Assembly: GCA_041891055.1 (NCBI GenBank)
Contig: CP169074.1
Location: forward strand, 800,001-864,000
From: Halorutilales archaeon Cl-col2-1
Lineage (GTDB): Archaea; Halobacteriota; Halobacteria; Halobacteriales; Afararchaeaceae
Direction: 5' to 3'
DNA length: 64,000 nt
Shown here: positions 38,692 through 46,879 of the stretch, piece after piece
How the letters are laid out: the number at the start of each line of letters is the position of its first letter
Position numbering within the stretch: position 1 is the stretch's first letter
Program-made: the position numbers and the translations under genes
Notes under the pieces: model-generated
The model's input: only the letters and a program-made list of their open reading frames with translations
The model's database searches: none
What the model was told of the DNA's origin: nothing

Positions 38692-39627
38692 ATGGGAGAG
38701 AGAGACACCGACGACGAGGACGGCTCCGCGAGTTCATCGGAGACGGAGTCAGAGGGGGTTCTCGTCTGTCCCGAGTGTGGAGCCGAGGCTGTCGAGTCGG
38801 AGAGAGGTGAGACCGTCTGTCCCGACTGTGGTCTCGTGATAGAGGAGGAACGCGTCGAGAGAGGCAAGGAGTGGCGTGCCTACTCATCGGAGGAGGAAGA
38901 GGAAAAGTCACGCGTGGGAGCACCGACGACTCAGACGATGCACGAGAAGGGTCTCACGACCGAGATATCACGAAGTGATGTCGAGAAGTCTGAGAGACGG
39001 GAGACTATGAGACGTCTCCGGAAATGGCACGAGAGAGTGAGGGCAGAAGGTACCGAGAGAACTCTGCGTCTGGGTCTCGGCGAGATAGACCGTATGTCGA
39101 GTGCGCTGGGCCTCCCCGATGGAGTCCGTGAGTCTGCCGCTGTGGTGCTCAGACGTGCCCAGAAAGACGAGCTCCTCCCCGGGAGATCAGTCGAGGCAGT
39201 CGCGTCGGCGGCTGTCTACGCCGCGTGCCGGCAGGCGGGTCTACCCCGTTCTCTCGACGAGATCGCCGACGTGTCTCGCGTCGAGAAAGACGAGATAGCC
39301 GGGACATACAGGTACGTCTCACGTGAACTCGGGCTCGAAGTCCCTCCCGCAGACCCCGTCGAGTTCGTGCCTCGTATAGCCTCCGAACTCGACCTGAGCC
39401 CTGAGGTCGAGTCGAGGGCTGTCGAGATACTCGAAGAGACGGCGGAGATCGGGATCGGGAAGTCGCCGAAGGCGTACGCGGGAGCCGCTGTCTACCTCGC
39501 GGCGAGGCTACTCGACGAGGAGGTCACACAGGAGAAGGTCAGCGATGTCTCCGACGCCTCCGTGGTGACTATACGTAACAGGTACCACGACCAGGCGGAG
39601 GAACTCGGCGTCGACCTCGACACGTAA
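38692..39627 (+). CDS. tfb: Transcription initiation factor IIB
   Basis: CPECG...CPDCG zinc ribbon, EWRAY B-reader, SRVGAP, two cyclin repeats, VTIRNRY. Confidence 0.95.
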   Translation: MGERDTDDEDGSASSSETESEGVLVCPECGAEAVESERGETVCPDCGLVIEEERVERGKEWRAYSSEEEEEKSRVGAPTTQTMHEKGLTTEISRSDVEKSERRETMRRLRKWHERVRAEGTERTLRLGLGEIDRMSSALGLPDGVRESAAVVLRRAQKDELLPGRSVEAVASAAVYAACRQAGLPRSLDEIADVSRVEKDEIAGTYRYVSRELGLEVPPADPVEFVPRIASELDLSPEVESRAVEILEETAEIGIGKSPKAYAGAAVYLAARLLDEEVTQEKVSDVSDASVVTIRNRYHDQAEELGVDLDT

Positions 39628-39657
39628 GCTTAATCCATCCGACGACGTATCTCATGT

Positions 39658-39798
39658 ATGTTACTTTCGCTCGTCAGTTCGGTTCTGAGCCAGCCCGCCA
39701 TGCTCTCAGTCGGTTTCGCAACCGTGGCTCTCATAATCGGTCTGAGCTACTACGTCCTCTTCGCCGTCGAGTCGGAGTCCGAGGACGATGAGAGCTGA
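39658..39798 (+). CDS. Small single-pass membrane protein, 46 aa (not in the ORF track)
   Basis: Translated by hand: MLLSLVSSVLSQPAMLSVGFATVALIIGLSYYVLFAVESESEDDES*. It fills the intergenic gap and has host-like codons and an acidic tail. Confidence 0.6.
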   Translation: MLLSLVSSVLSQPAMLSVGFATVALIIGLSYYVLFAVESESEDDES

Positions 39799-39868
39799 GT
39801 TAAAAACCTGACGGTACGCCGACGGACGCGAAGCTTTAAATTCGTTCTGAGAGTAAGTCAGAGTAAGA

Positions 39869-40141
39869 ATGCACAAGGAAGAGTTGATCCATCTTCACGA
39901 GCTGATGGCGGACATAAGTGAGTACTTCGACGACGCCGAGGAAGCCAACGAGTTCTTCGATGAGTACTCAGATCTCGACGTCAAGCCCGAGGACATACAC
40001 CAGAGCAAGAGCGAGCACAAACAGGCTATCTTCGTACTCGGAAACGAGATGGCGAACGTGATGGCTGACGACGAGTTCTCCGAGACAGGACGTGTCGGAG
40101 CACGTATGGAGGAGCTCGCCGACAAGAACGCGAAGGACTAA
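39869..40141 (+). CDS. UPF0058 family protein
   Basis: MHKEELIHLH...HQSKSEHKQAIFVLG signature. Confidence 0.88.
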   Translation: MHKEELIHLHELMADISEYFDDAEEANEFFDEYSDLDVKPEDIHQSKSEHKQAIFVLGNEMANVMADDEFSETGRVGARMEELADKNAKD

Positions 40142-40211
40142 ATCTGTTTTCAGTCTGTCTTTCCGTGTAGTAAACTACCCCACCCTACTCGCTCACGGCT
40201 AACGCCGTTCG

Positions 40212-40261
40212 TCTCAAACTCTACGAGTTTGAGGGCTCGCTAATCTACGATTAGCGAACGA
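40212..40261. repeat. Double-hairpin mini-insert A
   Basis: CTCAAACTC-TAC-GAGTTTGAG (40213-40233) and TCGCTAATC-TAC-GATTAGCGA (40237-40257), both perfect 9-bp stems. Confidence 0.8.
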
Positions 40262-40274
40262 CTCCTTGAGGGTG

Positions 40275-40327
40275 TCGTCAGAAGCGGAGCTTCTGACTGC
40301 TAACCAGAACCGAAGGTTCTGGTGATG
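40275..40327. repeat. Double-hairpin mini-insert B
   Basis: GTCAGAAGC-GGA-GCTTCTGAC (40277-40297) and ACCAGAACC-GAA-GGTTCTGGT (40303-40323). It splits the arm AGGGTG|GGG that pairs with CCCCACCCT (40178-40186). Confidence 0.8.
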
Positions 40328-41565
40328 GGGCTTTCGCGTGGACTCCCGTTCTGGCCGCCGTCGGCGGCAGGCTCGTAATCGCCGTTCACGTTCAACGTCC
40401 CGCGATTCAAGCGCACGTTTACGGGTGCGCCTCCGCCCGACGACTTTTGCGCCGCGCGGAGAGACTTCAGACCGATGTTCTTCGCCGCGTTATAGTCGAC
40501 GTTCACTTCGTAGCCGCACTTCTGGCAACAGAACCGCTCTTGTGTCTGGCGGTTCTCGCGGAGCGTCGTCCCGCACTTGGAACACCGTTGGGAGGTGTAC
40601 TCGGGATTCACCTGTTCAATCGAGATACCGACTATCTCGGCTTTGTACTCGACGTACTCGAACAGGCGTCGGAACGCCCATGAGTGGAACTTCTTGGCGC
40701 GAGGCAGCCGATCACGAATCCCAGTCAGGTTCTCGAACGCGATCACGTCGCAGTCGTGTTCGACGGCTTCCGCGACGAGTTCTTTCGAGACGGTGTGTAA
40801 GAAGTGGTCGTAGCGTCCCGTCTCGGTGCGCCCGACCGACTGGATGGTTTCGTGGGCGGCCCGTGTTCCACGCTGTTGGAGCGACCCGCGTCGCTTCTCA
40901 AACTCACGGTGCCAGTGGTTCAACTCCGACCCGTTCCAGAACGTTCCTGTGGAAGTGACGGCGACGTTTTCGATGCCGAGGTCAACGCCGAGGACTGTGC
41001 TGTGCCCGTCGTTGCCTTCGTCGGCAGTCTCGGACTCCACGTCCGCCTTTGTTCGGACGTGAAGGTAGAACTCGCCGTCTCGGTAGTGGAGTTCTGCGCC
41101 CGTCACTTCGTAGTCGTCGTTGAATAGATACTCCGAGTGGGGTGTCTCGCGGCTCTCGTCGGGAAGAGCGTACTCAGCGGTGATGCGCCCTTCGACGGTT
41201 GAGAGCGTGGCGTGGTCGTCGTTGAACGTCGCACACCGCTTGTCGTAGACGAGCGTCGGAGCAGAAAAGTGCGGCTTCCCCGCGTAGTCACCTTGCTTCC
41301 AACGGGCGACGACGCCCTTCACCGCTTCGGCGGCCTTGTTTCGGGCGTTCTGGACGAGATTCGCTTGGAGCCTCGTTTCGTCCCGCACATCGTCGTAGGT
41401 TTCGCGTTGCAGTTCGGCTTTGCTCGTCGTCTTGTATTCGCCTTGCCATGCGTAGTCTACGACGTAGTTAGCGGCCCACAGGAACTCGGAGATGGTTTCG
41501 TGGAGGAGGTCAGCGTCGCTGTCGGTCACGTCGAGTTTGACGGGGACGGTGCGACGTACCTCCAT
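40300..41565 (-). CDS. tnpB: RNA-guided endonuclease TnpB
   Basis: RuvC-I VLGVDLG, RuvC-II IAFENL, zinc finger TSQRCSKCG...CQKCG, Ruv[12 protein letters not shown]. The D-E-D triad appears intact. Confidence 0.95.
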   Translation of the reverse strand: MEVRRTVPVKLDVTDSDADLLHETISEFLWAANYVVDYAWQGEYKTTSKAELQRETYDDVRDETRLQANLVQNARNKAAEAVKGVVARWKQGDYAGKPHFSAPTLVYDKRCATFNDDHATLSTVEGRITAEYALPDESRETPHSEYLFNDDYEVTGAELHYRDGEFYLHVRTKADVESETADEGNDGHSTVLGVDLGIENVAVTSTGTFWNGSELNHWHREFEKRRGSLQQRGTRAAHETIQSVGRTETGRYDHFLHTVSKELVAEAVEHDCDVIAFENLTGIRDRLPRAKKFHSWAFRRLFEYVEYKAEIVGISIEQVNPEYTSQRCSKCGTTLRENRQTQERFCCQKCGYEVNVDYNAAKNIGLKSLRAAQKSSGGGAPVNVRLNRGTLNVNGDYEPAADGGQNGSPRESPITRTFGSG

Positions 41566-41783
41566 CTGTGTTTCAGATGTAGGCCCTTGTATTTATATTA
41601 ATAACGGTTCGTGGGGGAGTCGGCCAGCCATTGAGCATGGGAGCGTAGTACCGGTCGGTTTCCTCCCCGACCTACTCGCTTGCTACGCTCGCTCCTTGAG
41701 GTCGGAGGCTCCACCTTGCATTACGCTGATCCGCACACCGAAAGACTAGACTTAAGGCTTGTCGCTCCGTGGGATAGCCTACT

Positions 41784-42926
41784 ATGTCGAAGTTCTCAGA
41801 GAGGGTAGGACGCGTCGAACCGAGCGCGACTCTACGTATAAGTGATCTCGCTAGTAGCCTCGAATCCGAGGGAGCCGATGTCGTCGACTTGAGTGTCGGG
41901 GAGCCCGACTTCACGACCCCCGAGCACATACGTGAGGAGGCGAAGGAAGCTCTCGACAGAGGGGAGACAGGATACACGCCGACGAAGGGCATTCCCGACC
42001 TGCGTGAGGCGATAGCCCACAAGCTCAGGGAGGAGAACAGTCTGAGCGTCGACAGGGACGAGATATACGTCACCCCGGGTGCTAAGGACGCCCTCTTCGA
42101 GTCTATCTTCTCTCTTCTCTCAGAGGGCGACGAGGCGGTTCTACTCGACCCCGCGTGGGTGTCGTACGAGGCTATAGTCAAGATGGCTGGCGGAGAGATA
42201 AACCGGGTACAGCTCGACCCCGAGACGGGATTCACTCCCGGAAGCGTCGACCTCGCCGAACACGTCTCCGACGACACGCGTCTGATGATCGTCAACACGC
42301 CGTCGAATCCCTCGGGAGCCGTCTTCTCGAAGGACGAACTCAAGGAGATACGTGACCTCGCGGTCGACCACGACTTCTGGGTCGTGAGCGACGAGATATA
42401 CGAGAAGATAATCTACGACGCCGAACACCACTCGCTCGGTGCGATGGACGGCATGGCGAACCGCACGATAACCGTCAACGGCTTCTCGAAGGCGTACGCG
42501 ATGACTGGATGGCGTCTCGGCTACTTCACCGCTCCCGAAGAGCTCCTCGACGAGGCGGGTAAGGTACATTCTCACTCAGTCTCTTGTGCGACCAACTTCG
42601 CACAGTGGGGTGGGCTCGCCGCACTCGACGGAAGTAACGAGCCCGTCGAGAAGATGCGTGACACCTTCGAGTCGAGACGTGACCTACTGATGGACGCACT
42701 CGCCGACATAGGCGTCGAGATGCCCGAGCCGAAGGGTGCCTTCTACGCCTTCGTTCCCGTAGAGACAGACGACGACGCCGCTCTCGCCGAGGAGATACTT
42801 CAGGAGGAACACGTAGCCACTACTCCCGGAAGTGCGTTCGGAGTAGACGGCTACCTGCGTATGTCTTACGCCGCGAGCGAGGAGAGGATCAAGGAAGGCG
42901 TCGAGAGAATAGCCGACTACGTTTAG
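41784..42926 (+). CDS. PLP-dependent aminotransferase class I/II (aspartate aminotransferase-like)
   Basis: VGEPDF, NTPSNPSG, SDEIYE, GFSKAYAMTGWRLG. Confidence 0.93.
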   Translation: MSKFSERVGRVEPSATLRISDLASSLESEGADVVDLSVGEPDFTTPEHIREEAKEALDRGETGYTPTKGIPDLREAIAHKLREENSLSVDRDEIYVTPGAKDALFESIFSLLSEGDEAVLLDPAWVSYEAIVKMAGGEINRVQLDPETGFTPGSVDLAEHVSDDTRLMIVNTPSNPSGAVFSKDELKEIRDLAVDHDFWVVSDEIYEKIIYDAEHHSLGAMDGMANRTITVNGFSKAYAMTGWRLGYFTAPEELLDEAGKVHSHSVSCATNFAQWGGLAALDGSNEPVEKMRDTFESRRDLLMDALADIGVEMPEPKGAFYAFVPVETDDDAALAEEILQEEHVATTPGSAFGVDGYLRMSYAASEERIKEGVERIADYV

Positions 42927-43125
42927 ATCTTTTTCTAGATCTCCACTATTACTCTCTTTTCATAGTAGAGACAACGGATTTCGACTTTCATACTACAAAA
43001 TTTAGTCCGGTTCTAGAAATATTTCGTCATTTGCACCATAAAAATATTATAAATACAGTACTATCACAGAACCGTCATGGGATGGAGAGATAAAGACAAA
43101 GAATCCTCGACTAAGGGTGGTATGG

Positions 43126-44511
43126 ATGGACAGACGTAAGTTCCTCTTCAGTTCCGGAGCCGCGGCAGTCTCGGTTCTCGTCGGCTCGGATGCGTTCAGT
43201 CAGATAAGAGCGAGACAGAGAATAGAGATAGGGACTGCTGGAGACGGGGAGGCGTATCTTCAGATACTTCCGAACGAAGGTGAGAAGTACGCAGATATAG
43301 ACGGCAACGAGCTGAGTATCGAGATCGAGAAGCTGAGGCGGGACTCGGAGACTACTTTCAGCGACCTCCTTGAAGTACGTAACCAGGGAACTGACCCCGT
43401 AGGTCTGTATATCGAGAACACGACCAACAGCACCGCGGACGGCGCGGTCGACTTCAAGTCTGGCGGTGACAGTATAGTCGGGGAAGACAGAGCGGTCGAA
43501 CTTCCGGTAGGGGAGTCTAAGAACGTCTCGGTCGCAGTGGATCTACTCAGCCACAACGAGTCTGACCTCCCCGAAGACGGAACCCTCGATGTAATATTCG
43601 TGGCTGACTCAGAGATAGTCGACAGTGGTAGCAGTGGTACTGACGACGGTGACGGTGGTAGCAGTGGGGACGACGGAGACCAAGACACGGGAGCCACGGA
43701 TACACTGTCGGTCGCCGCGCCCGACACCGTCGAGGTTGGCGGCTCTAACACGGTCGACTTCACAGCTACTGTCGCCGACACGGGTACCGGAGGAGGAGAA
43801 GCCACAGTCTCTCTCACCGTCGAGGGTAACCAGGAAACTGAGAAGACCGTCGATGTCCCGAGCGACGGCGAGACAGAGGCTACGTTCTCGGTCGGTACGG
43901 TCTACGACGATGTCCACGGAGACGGCTACCCCTACGACGACAGACACGGTAGCCTGAGGCTCGACGGCACCGACTGGGAGGTCTCCGCCGACCTAAACGG
44001 AACTGCCCAGTCTGAGAACGGAAGTACCGACGTGCAAGACGCACCGATAGAGTTCTACGAGCCCGATAACGAGTACATCTGTGCAGTCTGTGGAATGATG
44101 ACGAAGATGTACGACAGCTGGAATGCACAGGCTACACACGACGACGGAACACGTATGGAGTTCTGTTCGACGGGCTGTCTCGTGAGCTACTACGTCGATC
44201 CGCAGGGAGGAACACGTGCTGTCGACGTGCCCGACTCTCCTATAAACGGCGTCTGGGTCGTCAACTTCCCCGACAGACCTGTGACAGGACCCGAACTCAT
44301 CGACGGAGACAAAGCCTACTTCGTCCTCGACTACGACGTGGCTAACCGGTTCACTACGCCGATGAGCGGAAGTCCACCAGCCTTTGAGACAGAACAGGAC
44401 GCAGTCGACTACGTCAACAGCTACGACAACGTCGACGAGTCGGATATAGTCTCTATTGAGGACTGGGACGACGCCGCAGCAAACGAGTACAGACCTAACT
44501 TCCACTCGTAA
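43126..44511 (+). CDS. Tat-exported DUF1102-like (fimbrial-subunit-type) protein with Ig-like linker and C-terminal NosL-like domain
   Basis: MDRRKFL Tat motif, G..AFS......I...GD..AYL.I and V.NQGT.PV.L patterns. C-terminal CAVCGM...FCSTGC...AYFV...TPM...AF...DA NosL signature. Confidence 0.8.
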   Translation: MDRRKFLFSSGAAAVSVLVGSDAFSQIRARQRIEIGTAGDGEAYLQILPNEGEKYADIDGNELSIEIEKLRRDSETTFSDLLEVRNQGTDPVGLYIENTTNSTADGAVDFKSGGDSIVGEDRAVELPVGESKNVSVAVDLLSHNESDLPEDGTLDVIFVADSEIVDSGSSGTDDGDGGSSGDDGDQDTGATDTLSVAAPDTVEVGGSNTVDFTATVADTGTGGGEATVSLTVEGNQETEKTVDVPSDGETEATFSVGTVYDDVHGDGYPYDDRHGSLRLDGTDWEVSADLNGTAQSENGSTDVQDAPIEFYEPDNEYICAVCGMMTKMYDSWNAQATHDDGTRMEFCSTGCLVSYYVDPQGGTRAVDVPDSPINGVWVVNFPDRPVTGPELIDGDKAYFVLDYDVANRFTTPMSGSPPAFETEQDAVDYVNSYDNVDESDIVSIEDWDDAAANEYRPNFHS

Positions 44512-44565
44512 CGGTTAAGTTCTTTATTTCGGCGTACGTCTTCAGCCGGCTCAGCTTAAACTCAG

Positions 44566-45750
44566 ATGAGACAGGCAGCCCTCAGACTCACACAGTATCT
44601 CGTAGCCCTTCTCGTGGTAGCGTCAGTCGTAGGATCAGGCGTCGGACAGCCCGTCGTCGTGGGATACGTTAGCACCGACAGCATGGAGCCGGAACTCGAA
44701 CCCGGCGACGGCTTCGTAGCAGTTCCGTCTTTTCTGACACAGGTCGACGAAGGCGACGTAGTCGTCTACGAGAATCCCGAGACATCGAGTCTCACGACCC
44801 ATAGAGTAGTCAGGAGAACCAACGAAGGCTACATAACTAAAGGGGACGCGAATCCGTTTACTGACCAAGACAGGGGTATACAGCCCGTAACCCGGGATCA
44901 GATAGTCGCAACTCCTCTTCAGTTGGGAGGCGACGTCGTCAGGATACCCCATATCGGAGACGTCTCCCGAGTCATACAGTGGATATTCGGTTCAGTTGGT
45001 GAGGGTCTCTCGTCAGCACTCGGGATGGGAGTAAATGTGACGGATATCGCCTACACAGTCCTCGGGGTGTCAGGGGTAGGATACGTCTACGAGACTCTCC
45101 GGAGTCGACACGGGTCGGGAAGACGGGAACTACTCGCCGAGAAAGAGAGGAGACAGAGAATCCTAACTGAGCCAGCCGTATCGCCACAGGTAGTACGTCT
45201 CGCCGGAGTGGGTCTCGTCGTTGTAAGCGCGGCGGTAGCTATGTACGTTCCCTCAGGGAGCCACACAGTCGGTGTTGTGAGTGCGGAGTTCGAGTCAGAC
45301 GCCGACTTCGTGGTAGAGACAGGAGAGACCGAGGCTTTCGGATACACGGTCTCGAACTCGGGATATCTCCCCGTAGTCTCGTACACAGAGACCCAAAGCA
45401 CCGTCGTAAACATCCGTCCAAGACGTGTCTACGTGTCGGGCAAGGATAGCTCGGAGATCACTGTCGAGGTCGAAGCCCCCGACGAGACGGGCTACTATCC
45501 GAGCGAGATCACTGAGAGAAGGTACATAGCTCTCATTCCCGCGGGTGCGATAGATACTCTCCACCGACTTCATCCGTGGCTACCCTACGTCGCAGTACTC
45601 TCGTTACTCGGTGTCACGACGTATGGAGTGGGTCTCGTCGTCGTACGTGGTAGCCGCGCCGAGAGGATTCTCAGACACTGGGAAACTGCGAAGGTTAGTA
45701 TAGAAGAGATGGAGGCGAACACAGAAGTAGACGGTGACGGAGACAGATGA
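44566..45750 (+). CDS. S26 signal peptidase I (SipW-like) with extra TM and extracellular Ig-like domain
   Basis: SMEP.L.PGD (catalytic Ser), THRVV (His), YITKGDANPFTD. Confidence 0.9.
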   Translation: MRQAALRLTQYLVALLVVASVVGSGVGQPVVVGYVSTDSMEPELEPGDGFVAVPSFLTQVDEGDVVVYENPETSSLTTHRVVRRTNEGYITKGDANPFTDQDRGIQPVTRDQIVATPLQLGGDVVRIPHIGDVSRVIQWIFGSVGEGLSSALGMGVNVTDIAYTVLGVSGVGYVYETLRSRHGSGRRELLAEKERRQRILTEPAVSPQVVRLAGVGLVVVSAAVAMYVPSGSHTVGVVSAEFESDADFVVETGETEAFGYTVSNSGYLPVVSYTETQSTVVNIRPRRVYVSGKDSSEITVEVEAPDETGYYPSEITERRYIALIPAGAIDTLHRLHPWLPYVAVLSLLGVTTYGVGLVVVRGSRAERILRHWETAKVSIEEMEANTEVDGDGDR

Positions 45751-46229
45751 AACTGAGGCGTCTCTCACTCCGTCTGAGAGGATTGGTCGATGACTACGGC
45801 TTTCTCGTAGCCGTGGCGGGTGTTTTCCTCGTGACATCTGGATTGGTCTTTGACTTCAGATCCCTCTATCTCTGGATAGGCTTGAAACCGGGAATCGGGG
45901 TGATACTCAGAAACGACGAGATAACCGTAGCTGCGTCGGGAGTCTCCTTAATTCTCGCCGCCGTCGTCGGCTACCTCTATCCACTGTCGGAGACTGAAAG
46001 CGACTGGCTGAGCTACATTAACACCCTCGACGAGTACGACGACCTCGTGGTCTCGGCACATCTTCCCGACGATGCCTTCGACGAGCCTGTATCCCGGGTA
46101 GAGTCTCTCGAAGATCTCATCGGTATCGCACTGAGCCAGAGGTCGGTAGTCATAGAAGATGAGACAGATAGATACTTCGTACGCGGCGACGGTGTCGTAT
46201 ACGTCTACGATCCGCCTCCCGAGCCATAG
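45747..46229 (+). CDS. Short DUF5305-like membrane protein
   Basis: LRLR..VDD N-terminus, two TM helices, C-terminal EYDDLV...VESLEDL..IA.....V.ED...Y.V....VYVY.PP. Overlaps the peptidase stop (ATGA). Confidence 0.65.
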   Translation: MKLRRLSLRLRGLVDDYGFLVAVAGVFLVTSGLVFDFRSLYLWIGLKPGIGVILRNDEITVAASGVSLILAAVVGYLYPLSETESDWLSYINTLDEYDDLVVSAHLPDDAFDEPVSRVESLEDLIGIALSQRSVVIEDETDRYFVRGDGVVYVYDPPPEP

Positions 46230-46294
46230 AAGTACAAATCAATTTTAATTAAGACAAACGTAATTGTTTTATGCCCCGAACGAGAGTTCGAAGT

Positions 46295-46879
46295 ATGGCG
46301 GTTGAGATAGTCAAGGAGGTGAGTGCAGGTCCTACGAAGCCCGAGGTACGTGGTATACTTCTCCAGAAGTTCGGTCTGAAGGAGGGCGACAGTTTCCTCG
46401 ACGTCGGAAGCGGCACGGGTGCTGTCTCGATAGAGGCGGCGCGCCGGGGTGCCGATGTCACAGCAGTTGACAGACGTGAGGAGGCAGTCGAGTCGACACG
46501 TGCGAACGTAGAGAACGCAGGTCTTTCCGACTCGGTCGAGGTAGTCCACGGAGTCGCGCCCGACGCGATAGCCGGTGTCGAACCCGACGTCGCTTTTATA
46601 GGAGGATCACGCAACTTCGAGTCTGTTCTGGATCTCTTAGAGGAAAAGGGAGTCAGAAAGGTAGTGATGAACGCCGCACGTCTCGAAACTGCAGCAGAGA
46701 TGGTGTCGGAGTTCAGGGAAAGAGGGATACTCGAAGAGAGCTTCCACATACAGGTCTCGAAGGGAAGGGAGTTAGTGGGACAGACGGCTTTCAAGCCCAA
46801 CACACAGACATACATGGTAGTCGGATCGTGTGACGGAAGTAAGGGTAACCAGAACGAGGAAGAGGAGGGAGACGAGTGA
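46295..46879 (+). CDS. cbiT: Cobalt-precorrin-6B C15-methyltransferase (decarboxylating)
   Basis: GPTKPEVR, DVGSGTGAVSIE, FIGGS. First gene of the cbi operon. Confidence 0.9.
   Translation: MAVEIVKEVSAGPTKPEVRGILLQKFGLKEGDSFLDVGSGTGAVSIEAARRGADVTAVDRREEAVESTRANVENAGLSDSVEVVHGVAPDAIAGVEPDVAFIGGSRNFESVLDLLEEKGVRKVVMNAARLETAAEMVSEFRERGILEESFHIQVSKGRELVGQTAFKPNTQTYMVVGSCDGSKGNQNEEEEGDE

Larger units (their letters stand above)
40150..40450 (-). ncRNA. Predicted TnpB omega-RNA (reRNA/sotRNA) region including flank-derived guide
   Basis: Position inferred from known TnpB biology: it overlaps the tnpB 3' end, runs through the right end and extends about 16-20 nt into the flank (TACACGGAAAGACAGACT...). 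The 5' boundary is not visible in the sequence. Confidence 0.5.
40170..41728 (-). mobile_element. IS200/IS605-superfamily element, tnpB-only (IS1341-like)
   Basis: tnpB flanked by related subterminal hairpins sharing CCTACTCGCT...CTCCTTGAGG (40184/40262 and 41671/41692). Right end ...GGGGTAGTTTAC on the minus strand. No tnpA. End coordinates approximate. Confidence 0.85.

Noticed and set aside
43077-43139. 20-codon upstream ORF (MGWRDKDKESSTKGGMDGQT) overlapping the DUF1102-like start
   Set aside because: It sits at a plausible distance from a TATA tract but is too short and featureless to support without Ribo-seq.
44070-44511. Denitrification (nos) locus
   Set aside because: Only a NosL-like domain is present. 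There is no nosZ, nosD, nosF or nosY in the window.
46229-46295. Cobalamin riboswitch upstream of cbiT
   Set aside because: The gap is only 65 nt, AT-rich and promoter-like, with no B12-box.
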